Origin: the human T2T-CHM13v2.0 reference genome, Homo sapiens
NCBI RefSeq assembly: GCF_009914755.1
Contig: NC_060947.1
Reading direction: 5' to 3' (one strand)
Length of the DNA: 64,000 nt
A program made the translations under genes and the position numbers. The number at the start of each line of letters is the position of its first letter. Within the stretch, counting starts at the first letter, position 1. Below, piece by piece: positions 13,887-28,248 of this stretch. The notes beneath the pieces are model-generated. The model worked only from the letters and a program-made list of their open reading frames with translations. It was not told where the DNA came from and did no database searches.

Positions 13887-16800
13887 TGAAACTTATTGAA
13901 TACTTATTGTTCAATATTAAATATATATTATAGCATTTTAATTAATAGAAAATGAATGCATTTAGGCTAATCCTATATTAAGCTGGGTGATTAAATTATC
14001 ATAACACCTTGTTACTCAAATTAGTGGGTAGCAGAGAATTTCCTTATGAGTTTTATCATGCCAGTATCCTTCTGAGAGTTTGTGCTCACTTCCTCATTGA
14101 TTGTCCCTGCCACACAGTGCAGTTAATGCCCACCCATGAATTAAGGACCAAACCTGGGAAAATTGGATTACTACTTTCATATATGTGTCAGTGACTAGCA
14201 GGGCTCTACATCAAGATAAATTTCCACTGCGGGTGAGCAGTAGCCATGATGATTAAATGGAAATGCTTGTCTCAGCCTCAAATCACAGGCTGAAGATATA
14301 CACTGAAATTACAGTTACACAGAAAACAGTGTTCTTTCAGAATGGAGAATGGAACCTTCTGCATGAGAATCGTATCTAACAACATGTGGTCTCCTTTCTT
14401 GAACTCGTGTGGCGGAGCCAGTTGGCGCAAATGATTATACTCTTCATTTCCCTACTGACCTTTCATCTTTTTTATTCTTGTCAATTTTCATTGTGAAGCA
14501 TTACCGTGTTGGTGGGGGTGTGTATGTCACGAAAGCACGTTCTGCACCACACTAAAAATTATGGCCACAAAACCTCTTTAAATTACACCCTAATAGTATT
14601 TCCTTGGAAGTCGTTATGAATTTTGGTTCTTCCTAACCTTTGCCACTGGGGATCAAATAGCACAGCTCAACGTTTCCGTTGCTGCATTTTATAACGGTGG
14701 TAATGTAAGAATTTACTGGGGACTTTATATACACAGACAAAAGCGTGCCACTTTACGAAGCTATTAAACACCATGGATTTTCCCACATGAGAGATCAAGC
14801 TTATTGTATTTCTCAAGTATCCCAGCAGTTTCCCCCACAGCCCAGCTCCATTGTGTGAGATGGTGTGGTTGGCTCAGCCATTCTCTATACCAAGGTTGTT
14901 AGCATCTTGACTGCAACCCAGCGTTATCATGAAGGCATAGCCACAGAGACAACACTCCGTTCTATCACCACGCCTTGTTACTGCAGGACACCTGGCCTCT
15001 AAGCAGGAAAGGTTATTATATTCCCTTTTGACAGTGGAAGCTTTTCAAGGGGCCAACAATGCATTTTTTTATAGCAGAGATTAAAGTTAAAAACATGACA
15101 AGCAGAGAGCAGTCTGCTTTTGTGTGCAGACATCCAGACATTTTTCGCCAAAGAAGGCAATAAGCCGCGCGATAAAAATTCTAGCTTGAAACTCCCAGGG
15201 TTCTCCAATTAGATGCTTATCTTTTCTTTTATGGCTGAGGCTTTAAGACAAAATTTCTAATGGGGAAAATATGGTTTCACTACTGAAATGCATTTGCTAT
15301 GGAAATGGCAGGCTGCTGAAACATACAAGGCAAATGATTAACATGAAAAATAAATAAGATACCTTTATGTTTATAAGATCTTAAAATTGAGAATGATACT
15401 CTTTCCATTTAGGACGAGCAGTGGTACTCATTAAGGCTCTCTTTGGGGCTAATTTAGTTATTAAAATCAATTGTATTTTATGGCAATGACCAAAACATTT
15501 CTTAGATTTGAGGGTTTGTGTTTTAAAAAAATTAAGAGTTCACTGAATCTGGAGGTATTTATTGTGTGGTTTTAGTCACTGATATAACTCCAAAAATATG
15601 TGAAGCTGCCTATGAGATATAAATCATCCGACTGCCAAATGTCCTCATTTCTTCTGCAATTGGAAGAAGAGGTAAGTTTATTTCTAATGGCGGGCTAGTG
15701 GGTATAGTAGTCACTGTGGTGACATCAGGACATCCATGTGGAAACTGCAGCGTGCAGTAGCAGCTAAATAAATATAAAAAGTGGTATATCGGTTGTGTAC
15801 GATTAAATCACAATTGCGCAGAGAATCCTGATCTGTTGGGTGGACAGTTCACCAAAGGCATGAAGATTTTGCTTCGAATTCACCAAGGTTTACGAAGCAC
15901 AAGAGTCCACCCAGCGACCTCTGACGCATCGTGTGCTTTTCATTTATTTTCATGATTCCCCAGAGACCTGGGCCCATTCCATTGTGAGCCCTTAGGAAAA
16001 GTAATCACATACTGGGAATATTCAACAGTTTTGATTTTGTAGCCCTCATCCACTTAAATTTTCCTTGGGACTCTGAGTTCACAGTCAAGTCCAGTGGGAA
16101 TGCCTTTAAGCCAGGGAAAGTGAATGCAGCCCTGCTGGTGCTCAGATCTGGAAGGAGTCATAGGACCTGCTGGGTAGAAATGGCTTCTACTGACTTATAT
16201 TTGCTGACAGGATGCTGTCAGGGGAATCAAGGTGCTGTCGGAAGGACAGACTTGGTGAAGGGGAAATACAAGACATTTTAAGGTCCATCTCCTGAAAAAA
16301 TAAACTTAAAAAAGAGTGAAATGATGGAGGACTTGACCCAATCCTCCGGCACTATTCAGGCTGCACATATTTTCAGCATCTGTCATAAAGGCTCACAGTG
16401 CTATGAGGAACTCGAAGTTTAATGGTGTGTAAAATTTTTTTTTAACTCTCTTGTTGCCTCTTAGCTGCTCCTTGCAAATGTGGAAAACCATTTTTTTCTT
16501 TTTCTTTTTTGCATTTAGTTTTAGAAGCACAAAGAGGAAAATACAAAGCACTAACCGCCTTGAGTGAAATGCGCTGAGAATTTTATACTCAGGAAAACAT
16601 CCAAATGCCAACTCTACTTGGCTTGTGGAAATTTCCGGACTCCAGGTTCCCAGGGCCCTGATGTTAATTTTCTTTTGGCTGCTCAGACTACCCTACCTTA
16701 TCTACCTATCGTTGTTTAGGATCCCAAATCACTGATTTTCTCCTTTTCAAAGCTCTCCAAAGTATCTGGTCACTGTTTGGTGGAGGAAATCAATGTTGAA

Positions 16801-18081
16801 TTCAGTCCTCAGTCACTCACTCAGCCATGCTTGGGAATGTGGGGAATTCTATTCAAGGAGAAATGAGTAGAAAATAATTTTTAATTTCAAAAAGAATCCC
16901 AGGTATCTCTACACTGTGGATATATGAATACTGTACAATTTACGAGGTGCTGGCAAATATACTACATTACACAGTACAATTTCATGCAATCCATGGAGCT
17001 CCAAATGCCCTTTAGAGTGTTTGAAGCCAACATTACAAATACAATTTTAAATAGAGGATAACTAAATGGGTGTTGTTATTCTGTTCAGAGCCTGCTAACG
17101 AATTCTCAAGAACGTAGCATGAATTGGTTGTCAAGGTAATGTCTGGGAAGGTGGCAGAAACTGTCACTAAGCCAAGTGGAAAAATTAAACCCTCTCTCCG
17201 TCATATTCCAGGAATCCTCAAGCAAAAAGAAATTCCTAGACACCTCTCAGAGCCTTTTGTGTCCTCCTTTCTTTCATCCCTCAATCCTCTTTTCCATTTC
17301 CCCACAGATGACCAAACAAAATAGAACGTTCCCCAAGAAAACTGATTTAAAGAAGTTGAGTTCAGGGTCAGTCTTATTTTATTTTATTTTTTTCCATCTA
17401 TGGATCTTTCTTTTAGTTTGTACCCTCTGGGCTGATTCAAATTAGAAGAGTATTTTCGACTCTACAGAGGACACATGGTGGAATAACCTAAATTGGAAAT
17501 GCATGTTTCATGATAACAGACATTTCCACTCTTGCTGGGCATTTCCAATTGCTGTAAAGCACCTCTGTGACATGAACTAATCCACAGAACCTCTGGAGAC
17601 TCAGCAGAGAAACTGAGGCCATGAAAGTGATTACAGGGCCATTAAGCATAAATGGTGGAAAAGAAATTACATTTGAATTTTTTCATGTTCTGCTCTCATA
17701 TAAATTACATAAGACAATGGAAAGAAAAGACCATCTGGGTTTAGATTTCATAAAACGAGACTCACATCTGCTTTGGTATGTCATATAAATATTCCTTCAT
17801 TAGAGAGTTCAATCTATGAAACACTTTTGGTCAAAAAAGCATTTTAAGAAAAAAGAGGGGGAGATTGCTTTTCATGGATGCTGATTATTTTCAAATCCTC
17901 AGTCCTAAATATCAACCAGCAAACACCTCAGAGGATTTTTTTTTAACATTTCATAAAACAAGAGTATTTTAATAGAGCAAGAATAAAAAATAGTGGGACA
18001 TTTTATCTTTAAGCAAAGAAAATTCTTCCTTAGAAAAGATAGTTGCCAATCTAATTCAACATTTATATCTTTCTTTCAAGC

Positions 18082-18988
18082 TTTCTTTTTTTTATTATTA
18101 TACTTTAAGTTTTAGGGTACATGTGCACAATGTGCAGGTTTGTTACATATGTATACATGTGCCATGTTGGTGTGCTGTACCCATCAACCCGTCATCTAAC
18201 ATTAGGTATATCTCCCAATGCTATCCCTCCCCCCACCCCACAACAGGCCCCGGTGTGTGATGTTCCCCTTCCTGTGTCCATGTGTTCTCACTGTTCAATT
18301 CCCACCTAGGAGTGAGAACATGCAGTGTTTGGTTTTTTGTCCTTGCAATAGTTTGCTGAGAATGATGGTTTCCAGTTTCATCCATGTCCCTACAAAGGAC
18401 ATGAACTCATCATTTCTTATGGCTGCATAGTATTCCATGGTGTATATGTGCCACATTTTCTTAATCCAGTCTATCGTTGGACATTTGGGTTGGTTCCAAG
18501 TCTTTGCTATTGTGAATAGTGCCGCAATAAACATACGTGTGCATGTGTCTTTATAGCAGCATGATTTCTAATCCTTTGGGTATATACCCAGTAATGGGAT
18601 GGCTGGGTCAAATGGTATTTCTAGTTCTAGATCCCTGAGGAATCGCCACACTGACTTCCACAATGGTTGAACTAGTTTACAGTCCCACCAACAGTGTAAA
18701 AATGTTCCTATTTCTCCACATCCTCTCCAGCACCTGTTGTTTCCTGACTTTTGAATGATCGCCATTGTAACTGGTGTGAGATGGTATCTCATTGTGGCTT
18801 TGATTTGCATTTCTCTGATGGCCAGTGATGATGAGCATTTTTTCATGTGTGTTTTGGCTGCATAAATGTCTTCTTTTGAGAAGTGTCTGTTCATATCCTT
18901 TGCCCACTTTTTGATGGGGTTGTTTGTTTTTTTCTTGTAAATTTGTTTGAGTTCATTGTAGATTCTGGATATTAGCCCTTTGTCAGAT
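18082..18988 (-). mobile_element. L1PA (about PA3-5) LINE-1, 5'-truncated
   Basis: Complete canonical 3' end (ttattattatactttaagttttagggtacatgtgcac); ORFs 18568..18894 and 18295..18534 are disrupted ORF2p C-terminus; lacks the L1HS-Ta ACA diagnostic. Confidence 0.95.
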
Positions 18989-19582
18989 TTTATACAGAGG
19001 ATTTTATGTAGTTTTATTTTCAGAAATTAAAATATCTTAGGCTGTGTCTACTTTGGCCAAGTAATGTACATTGCTTTTTTATTTGTTAAATGGGAGATTT
19101 GGTACTTTTTTTAAAATCAAAAATAAGACATTTTGTGTTCAGCTCAGCTTTTAAAAAGGGCTGGGGATGGAAAGGTGCACATTTGGTCTCATCATACTTG
19201 ATGAATGTTTCCAGCTCCATTGAATTATTTAGCTCTCCAGCAACCTCTTTTGCCTCCTCCTTTTATCACATGCTATCTCTTGGCTCCATCTACTTTGTGT
19301 CGGTTTCACCTCAAAATTCACGTGATAGCAAGATGGTGGCAGCAGGTTCAGACTATGCACCCTCTTAGGTTCAAGCCCACAGGGAAGAGTAAGAAGTGCC
19401 TTTTCAGAATCTTATTGATGCTGAATGGGTAATGTGCCTATCCTGGATCTAATCACCAATCACAAAGCCTGGGGAATGTGGTATTCTGACTGGCTGAGGC
19501 CTAAACACATGCACCACTCCTGAATCGGGGGAGTCAGTCCCACCCACAGCTTACAGGCCAAGCGTTAAGGAGGATTGGTCCC

Positions 19583-20151
19583 TCTAGCAGATAGTTTCTA
19601 AGATGGCCCCTAAAATTCCATGCCTCCTGGTATTTATGCTTTTATGTAATCCCCTCTCCTCGAGTGTGTGCTGGGCCTAGTGACTCATTTCTAACCAATG
19701 GAATACGGCAGAGATGATGGGATTAGGTCACATGAGATAGTGACTTCCATCTTGCTAGCAGACTCTCTCTATTGCCTTCTTGGTTGGCACATTTTGATGA
19801 AGCAAGCTGCCATACTGCAGAGACCCACATGGCCAGGAACTGAGGGTGGTCTTCAGCCAATAGCCATTGAGGAAAGGAGATCCCTATTATAACCGCTCTC
19901 AAAAAACTGAATCCTGGGAATAGTCATCTAGGTGAGCTTGGAAGCAGATCCTTCGTCAGCCAAGACTTCAGATGAGACCCCAGCCAAGGCTGGTCACTTG
20001 ATTACAGACTTATGACAGAACATGAAGCAATGAATCTGGCCAAGCCATGCCCAGACTCCTGACTCAAAGAAACTGTGCATTAATAAATGTATATTGTTTT
20101 ATGTTGGGATGTTTGTGGTAGTTTGTCATGCAGCAATAGATAACTAATACA
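19583..20151 (+). mobile_element. MLT1F-like MaLR LTR (a further old MLT1 relic lies at ~19040-19580)
   Basis: ctaagatggcccc start, aataaat signal, gcagcaatagataactaataca end. Confidence 0.78.
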
Positions 20152-21653
20152 GTGCCTCATGAAAATTTGGGGGTACAGTGTAGTTGAAGTGTGGGCAACA
20201 GAAACAACAGCTGCCCACAATAGCACATTGTAGGCATGAGTTAATGAATCCTTCCAACAACCCTACGAGGTGAGGAACAATTGCTTTCCCCTCATTTTTT
20301 GAAGATGAGAAGACTAAAGCACAGAGAAATTAAACAACCAGCTCAAAATTACACAGTGAGTCAAAATAGCACTATGAAAATGAGAATGGAGAGGGTAGAA
20401 TGGGCTATTGGTAGAGCAAATTTTAACCTTAAGTGGTGTGAACTATGATTGCTTCCTAGTCTCTGCATAGTTAAAATTATACTCAGAGAATTTATTTCCA
20501 ATTTTGGAGATTTTAAGTGCCACACTAAACAGGAACCTTCTCCATGCAAACTGCTAATCCTTCCAAGCAGCCACACAAGGAGTCTTAAGAATCAACTAAA
20601 CTTATTGGCCCCAAACTGTCAGGAATAACAAGTCATTGTCACCTGCTGTCAGCCCTGCCTCTCTTCCCCAGCCTACTCATGAGGCTGCCACAATATGTTC
20701 TTTCCAGAGATGTTTCTGGACCAGCCCTAATCAGGATCGAGACTGTCTCATCAATCTCAAGTCCACTAGTGAAGGGCTCTGGAACCAGTTTTGCTTTCCT
20801 TGCCCCAGGTCTTGCATGCCAGGTATGGGCCATTAACATGATACAATGCCTCTGTCACAGCTGTCCCTGCCCGCTCTTCTCCTGCGACGTTAACACTGCC
20901 TGCTTGCCTGCCACTGCTGGTTTTCCTGCCACGAACTGCATTTTCCTGACCAGGCAGGGTCCCTGGAAGACAATACATTTGCAAAGAATTGAAAGCTCTC
21001 CCCTTCAGGGATGTAATAAAGCAATCCAAGCACAGGGAAAACGTTGGGCCAGGTGGATTTTAAGGGCTCTTCCCATCTTGAGAAGCTGTACTTGTCTGTT
21101 TGCTTGTCTTGCTCTGTCTTGTATTACAGTAGCTTTCATTCTTATTTTATTTCTTCTTTTAGATTGTGATCTTTTTGAGGTCCATGACTTCACGTATCTG
21201 GCGCATAAATATTTTTAATTTTAAAAAATATATCATGCTTACTGCTTTGATATTTCTTATTGTGGAGATGGAAATGAATTTAGGGAAAAAAGACATTCTG
21301 AAGAGAAGTAAGTTATCTCAGAAATAAAAATAGCTTTTTATTTTTAGAAAAAATGTTTCCTTTTCATGTTGTTCTTTTATATTTATCCTTTATGATTCAC
21401 TCAATAAGCACAGAATTGTAATGACCTGTGCTGTAACTAATGATGATGGATGTTTTTGTTTCAGGTAAAAACAAACCATCTCACAAAAAAGGCAAAGGTG
21501 TCCATTAATACTGCTGATTATTTATAGCACATTTTGGAGGTCCTACCAAAGATTAGAGACATATTACTTAGTTTTATTTTTAACATAATGACTGAAATTT
21601 TTCACACTGCTTAGCAGAATGGAATGACCCCAGATATTATTTCTAATATAGGG

Positions 21654-21874
21654 CAGGGGTTGACAAACTACAGCCCCTAGGCCAAACTTGGGCCACTGCT
21701 TATATCTGTAAATAAAGTTTTATTGAAACACCGCCATGTCCATTTGTTTACATATTGTCTATTGTTGCTTTTGCACTACAATAGCAGCATTGAGTAATTG
21801 TGACAGAGACCATATAGTCAGAAAAGCCAAAAATATTTTTTTGGCCCTCTACAGAAAGCATTTGCTGACCTCTG
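21654..21874 (+). mobile_element. MER58A hAT MITE
   Basis: TIRs caggggttgacaaact / tttgctgacctctg; aataaagttttattg core. Confidence 0.85.
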
Positions 21875-23094
21875 ACAGAGTGTAAACACCGCTCCTTAAC
21901 TTGAAGGGCAGTTAATAATGTCTAAGCTTTGATTTGATTTGATTTGGTTCTATGGTGCTGATTTCCTTTTGAGCAATAAGCAATTGGTAGTTTTTTAGTG
22001 CATTTTAATGATACCTTCCTGTAAAGAATTTTCAGTCTGTTTGCCTATGGATATGCATATCTGGTACAAGGCTCATAAGCTCTTTTTCCAAACTCAGAGA
22101 GGTTAATTGGCCTTCGTAAAGTTGCACATACAAATGGTAGAGAGCCCAGAGGAGACCTCAGGTTCACAATTGCAAAGTCATGCTACTTGTGATGATGATT
22201 TGTGTTTGCAGTTGTGATTTCTACCTTGTGCAAAAACCACTGTAAAAGGAATATATTTAGTCAACCACCTGGTTGTCTGTTAACCAGTTAACCTGAATAA
22301 TACCAATACCAACATCCACGTTAATGCCAAGCCATCACATTTCCAGACAAATGCGTCTTTCAAAATGCAATACAAGTCTCATCTAGTCCATGAGGCCTTT
22401 CCTAAGTGCCTAAGTGAGAATGACACTTCTGCTTTGTACCTCCAGTGTGTCTCTCTCCTAGACCCAGGAGACAGGCTCCTGGGCTTCAAGCTCCAAGGGT
22501 CCTCCTCTGTCCACACCTCTCCCCAGGCCCAGGATTCTGTTCGGCTAAGTAGATGAGGAGCCCCCTTCTAGAACATACCCCTTGTAACCTAGACCTAAGA
22601 ATTCACTGCCCAAATGTCCTAAGCCCACTTCTGAGCCTACTTGGATTCTTCCTGATGTCCCTTGTCTATTCAAGGGTGGGGGACAGGCTGTGCTGCTGTG
22701 CATACTCCCAGGCCTGAGAGTTGCCCAAGGGGGTGGCAGTTTGCAGAATATTTAGAGTTCAGATGGCATTTGGCTATGCAAGACAAGGTGTCCATTCTTA
22801 TGTGTCTGAGGCCCCTTGTAGTTTGTGATGGAGCTGGGGACAGGAAGAGAAGGGGCTATGCTCTGAACAGGCATCTATTTAAACTCTTGCCTAGGCCCTG
22901 CAAACTTATCATGTCACTTAACCATTCTTGCTCTATCTGATTTACAAGCAGTCTTCTGGCTAAACTGAACTCCTGGAATGCAATGTTTCACATGTATGGT
23001 ACCTGCACAGTGGCTGGGACATTGTTGGGTGCTCAGTAGATACTCAAGCACTGAAAGGACAATACCACTGTGTCCATACCAAAGGGAAAGTCAG

Positions 23095-23614
23095 TGTTCC
23101 TTGTTACTAATACTGCCTAACAAACCACCCCAAATTTAGTGCTGTAAAGCAACCCTTTTTTATGTTCTCAATTCTTTGGGCCAAGAATTTGGAAAGAGCA
23201 CAGTGGGATGGCTTATCCATGCTCCACAATGTCTAGGGCTCAGCTGGGAAGATTCAAAGGCTGGGGGGTTTTGGGCGGGATGGTGGTGACTCCACAGCTG
23301 AGGCTAGAATCATCTGGAGGCTCACTCACTCATACATCTGGCAGGTGATTCTGGCTGGGACCAGAATACTACATGTAGCCTCTCTCTGTGGCTGCTTGGG
23401 CTTCCTCACAGCATGGTGTCTGGGTTCCAAGAGTTACTATCCTTAAAATAACCAGGCTTGGAAATCACTGCAGTCACAAGCCCACTGAAGTTCAAGATGA
23501 AGGAATGCAGACTCCCACCTTTTGATGGGAGAAGAGCCTAAGACACATTTTAAGAAGTGCATGTGGGGTAGGAAATATAGTTGTGGTCATCTTTACAAAA
23601 ATAGAACCTGCCAC
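23095..23614 (-). mobile_element. MLT1 (G/H-like) MaLR LTR
   Basis: taacaaaccaccccaaatttagtg...ctgccaca. Confidence 0.7.
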
Positions 23615-25132
23615 AGTTAGGTAGATATTCTTTTAGAAAAATCAACACACTACCTTGACCTGTGGGGAGGGAGAGAAAGCTTTTTCAAATAAAGCAAAAC
23701 AGGAAAAAAAAATCTACTTTTACTGCGTTTTTGATCAGAGATATTATGAGGAACCGATTGTAAAAAGCATGGATTGCCTCTATGAGGTGAGAGGTCTAAA
23801 ATGTGCTCCATTTAAAATAATGATTAGGGGCTTGCAATGGTTTCTTTCTCACTGAGTGGTTGATCGTTTCATTGCATTCACCACGTCCCAGTGGTTTAGA
23901 GTTACTTCTATATGAAGTACTAAAATAGCTTTTCAAAAATAAGACAGAAAGTTTCATGCTCTAATGAACTAATATAGTAAAATGTCGATATTATTAACTG
24001 GAAAAAGTAGTAGAAAAATGTTTGAGTTAAACTCAGCTGTGAAAGTTCTTTTCTTTGGGAAAGTACTTGTATTGAATAGTGCTTAATTTGACTTTATCAA
24101 GAAATACAGTCATCACCACTAACACAGAGAAAATGTGTGACAAACAAGGAAACACCGTATGTAAGGATTCCATAAATTTGTTCAAATGGTTTAAGTTTTG
24201 GGTACCTAAACAAAATACAATGTTATAGGAAATCTTAAGAAATTTGAAAATGTATATGTTTTGAAAATAGCAAAGTGAATTCAAAGAGAAGGAACAATAT
24301 GAATTGGTGGAGGCCACTCAGAGACATGGTTGCAAAAATCCAAACAGGGTAGCTTCCCACAGTTTCTTAAAATGTTTTATCTAATATGCTTTTTTAGGTT
24401 CTGAAAGTGTCTCTCTTAAGAAACTGGAGATGTGTGCTTCCAAGGCAGGATCAGAAGCGGTTTTGAGTGGTATCTTCCGGGATCTCCCACAAAGCATTTC
24501 TTTGTATGCGTCATCCTTCTTCCAACTCCACCCACTTAGAAGTTAAGCAACGATGGAGTCCTTGCTTCTATCTCCTTTTGGGTCTCAGAGTGGGGCTGAC
24601 TCTTAACTCCAAAGCATCTAATCTCTTCCAAGATACCTTTCTATGAATGGAACTTTTAGGTCTTTTCTGACAACCACTAGCCTGCCAGGGTCCTCAGGGT
24701 GAATAAGCAGACTAAGTTTACCTTGGAGGTTAAGCACACAACAAAATCAATGAAGAGTACCTTCCAGTTGTGTTAGCCCAGAGGTTTTCAAATCCACTCC
24801 ACAGAACATCTTTAATGCCCACTTGTGGAGAGGAAAGGGGCCATGGCAGATGGAGTTCTGTGTACCTAGCCAAATTTTAATCAGAATGCCTCTGGGTTTA
24901 TCTGTTCATGGATTAGGCTTCCTCACTAGCTTTAATTTGAAGAACTTTTGAAAGTTAGCAAAGCACTCCACATTTTATGGTTCATTTCCACTTTCACCTC
25001 AGTTGATCCTCATAATGCTAGTGTTACAGAAGGGCTTCTAAACATCCTCAAATAATTTAGAGAAAGCTCATTCAAGTTCCTCATCTCCCACCCATGGTTT
25101 AGCCTAGTTAAGAATTTTTTAACACCAAGAAC

Positions 25133-25173
25133 CATAATAATGATGATGATAATAATAATAATAATAATAATAA
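25133..25173. repeat. (AAT)n/(GAT)n microsatellite
   Basis: ataataatgatgatgataataataataataataataataa. Confidence 0.9.
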
Positions 25174-25889
25174 CCAAAAGAGGTTAATTGCTGCTGGGAT
25201 AATGTTGCCAGATGCTCCAGATCTCCTGCCTTTGGTCCCAAAGTAGAAGATTCTCAGGATTTGAACATTCTTTTTACTAAGTTATTTAAAATTATTTCAT
25301 TGTTTAATTATGAAAAATATATAGATGAATATATCTCAAGTTAGTGACACATTTTGACTGTGACTTGGTTCTGATTAGAGTCTCACTATTTTGCTTGTTT
25401 TATGAGTCAGTTGGGTAAAGAGACAGGCAGGAAGGTCACATTGAATCTCAACATGTCAACTAATGAAGAACTTATTTATCTGATCAAGAAATCTGTGCAA
25501 TGTGGCAGTCCCATCCTTTGACTGGGACTCTGTTCTTTTATGCTATTCTCCCTAATGCTTTTTCAAGCTAGCTCTTTGCTAATTCCTCTATGTCAAGGCA
25601 ATCAGTTTATTGCACGGGAGAAAAGAGAATTTATATGTCATTATTGCAACTACTTTGTCTTACTTAGTGTGGCTGGCGGGCTGTCTCTAATATGGCCCCC
25701 AATGACCCTCACTTCCTGATATTCATGCTATTGTGTAATCCTTTCTTCTTCAGTGTGGGCTGCAATAGTCACTTGCTTCTAATCAATATAATGTGACAAA
25801 GATGATGGGAAGTCACTTCCATGATTAAGTTTCAACATGTTGTAGTCTTCAATTTGCTAGCCAGATAGGGGTAGGTGATAAATGTTTGT

Positions 25890-26257
25890 GTATATCTCAG
25901 TCGGTTCAGGCTGCTATAACAGAATATCATAGATTGGGTGGCTTACACAACAAGAATTTATTTCTTTCAGTTCTGGAGGCTGGGAAGTCCAAGATAAGTT
26001 ACCAGCATGGTTGGGTTCTGGTGAGGGCCCTCTTCCTGATCTGCCTCCCTTCTTGCTGTTTCCTCATGTAGTAAAGAGCAGGAGAGAGGAAGCAAGCTCT
26101 CTCCTGCCTCTTCCTATAAGTGCACTAATCTCATAATGAGGACTCCACCCTCATGACCTAATTACCTCCCAAAGGCCCCGTCTCCAAATAGCGTCACACT
26201 GGGGATTCAGTTTTCAACATATAAGTTTTGGGAAACACAAATATTCAGTCCATAGCA
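25890..26257 (-). mobile_element. MLT1A/MST-type MaLR LTR, flanked by other MLT1 relics at ~25668-25860 and ~26300-26783
   Basis: ctcagtcggttcaggctgctataacagaatatcatagattgggtggctt...cagtccatagca. Confidence 0.78.
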
Positions 26258-27912
26258 GTGTGGCCTGCCAGATCATCCTAGAATACATCTAATCTGGGGT
26301 TCAGGTTTGCTTTAGTTTGGGCAGCATAACTGTTATAACAAAAGGTCCCACGATGTATATTGGGTCTAATGCAATGGAAGTTTATTTCTTGATCATGAAA
26401 CAGTATTGGGTAAAAGAAAAGGTTGGCAATCCTCCCTGCCTCATACATTCAGGGGCCCAGAATGACAGAAAATCTGCCATCTTAAACGCAGAACTTCTGA
26501 GGTTGCTCTGGGAAGAGGGGAGGGGGTCATCTTTATTCCAGCCAGCTGGAAGGGGAAGAGAACATAGAGTTCCATATAGAAGATTTATAGGCCAGGCCTG
26601 GAGGCGGGGTACAGTCCTTCTGCTCACATTCCATTGGCCCTATCTCAGTCAACTGACCACATCTAACCATTAAGGGATGCTTGGAAAAGTACCCTTTGGC
26701 TTAGCGGCCACTTCCTAGTGACAACTCTATACTAAGGAGGCAGGCATAAGAATTTTTGGTTCACAGCTACACTTTCTGCCACACTACTTCTGGGAAACTG
26801 AACAATTTGCAGTGGGGTAGCCAGGCTAGCATTTAAATGTGACATGAAAAGTTCTAAGCCCATCAGCAAGGTCTATTATTTCCCAACCTTGTCACCAATA
26901 CCTCTGTTCTTGCTTCTTCCACTCAAGAACCATCCAACCAGATCTTGGCCACCACCCATGAATCAGTGTTGAAACCAATTCAGGCCATCCATCTTCCCAG
27001 GAAAATGGGGAAACGAGATGTCCCACTTGACTGCACATTGAAGGGATGTCTTTTCTCCACTGTCCCTCAGGGCCTTCTGCCATTGGGACTGTAACACCCA
27101 GCAATCTGCATCAGACTCGTGCTGGCATATCTCTTATAGACCCACCCTTGATTTTTCCCTCATCAGAGTCACTTCCTTGTTCTCAAACCATTTCTTCCTC
27201 TGGTTTCCTTGGATACCACATTTTCCTCATTCCTCAATCCTTTCTCTTTAGGTGATGAGTGATACATTTCTCCTTACATATTTATGACTTCCAGTTTTTT
27301 ATCATTAACCTTAATTTTTCTTTTGAGCTAAAAACTATAAACTTGACACTTTCAGGTCCTTGCCAATGGGCAGCCCAAATTTGACATGGCCTCCTCAATG
27401 ATGCCATTCCTGACTACCCATTTACATTAGCCAATTTCTCTCACCTTTTGTCAAATATCCACTTTTATATTTATCACTGTCTGATGTTACCTGTCCACTT
27501 ATTTGTTTGGTTATTTATCATCTATACTAAGTATATGTACTTCACAGTGCTAAGACTTCGTCTACCTTGTGCGGAGCCTAGCACAGTGCCTAAACAATAG
27601 GATGTGCCCCCATAGATATTTATCAAATGAATACATGAAAACTTCATTGTAGGGAGCTCTCCTTGAGGTCACAGGTACGGGTTGAGGGACACGAAGGTGT
27701 AAGTAGCAGACATGTGAGTTAGGTGGAGCTGGAAATTACTTTTCCACCAAGACCATTCACAACAAGGGAAAGTTCATTGCCCATAAGGTTACTAGAGTTC
27801 TATCTTATCAGGGGACAGTGTTGAGGCAGGCAAAACCCAACAGATGTTCAGTAAAGTTTGTAATTATTGCATAGGAAAAAAAATATAGTATTGAGTCTCT
27901 CTATCCCTAGAT

Positions 27913-28248
27913 CAGTGTGGGCAAAATTTTTTCTGTAAAAGGCCAGGCAGTGAATATTTTAGAACTTGTGGGCCACATGGTCTCTGTTGTGACTACTGAA
28001 CTCTGCCTTTGTAGCAGGAGAGTAGCCATGGATAATATGTAAGCAAATGGGTGTGGCTGTGTTCTGATAAAGCTTCCTTTATAGAAAATGAAATTTGAAT
28101 TTCATATAATTTTCACATGTCACCATGTATTAATCATTAAGATTTTTTCCAACCATTTAAAAATGTAAAAGTCATTCTGAGCTATTTACATTAGAAAAAC
28201 AGGCAATGGGTGGGATCTGGCCCAAGGGCCATAGTTTACTGACCCCTA
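27913..28248 (-). mobile_element. MER58B-like hAT MITE
   Basis: TIR-like cagtgtgggcaaa / tttactgacccct; cctaga flanks on both sides. Confidence 0.78.

Noticed and set aside
20679-21218. 179-aa Cys/Leu-rich ORF with a hydrophobic C-terminus
   Set aside because: No recognisable domain or splice context, overlapping ORFs in several frames, and the 3' part looks like a decayed L2/MIR-type tail; probably a chance ORF
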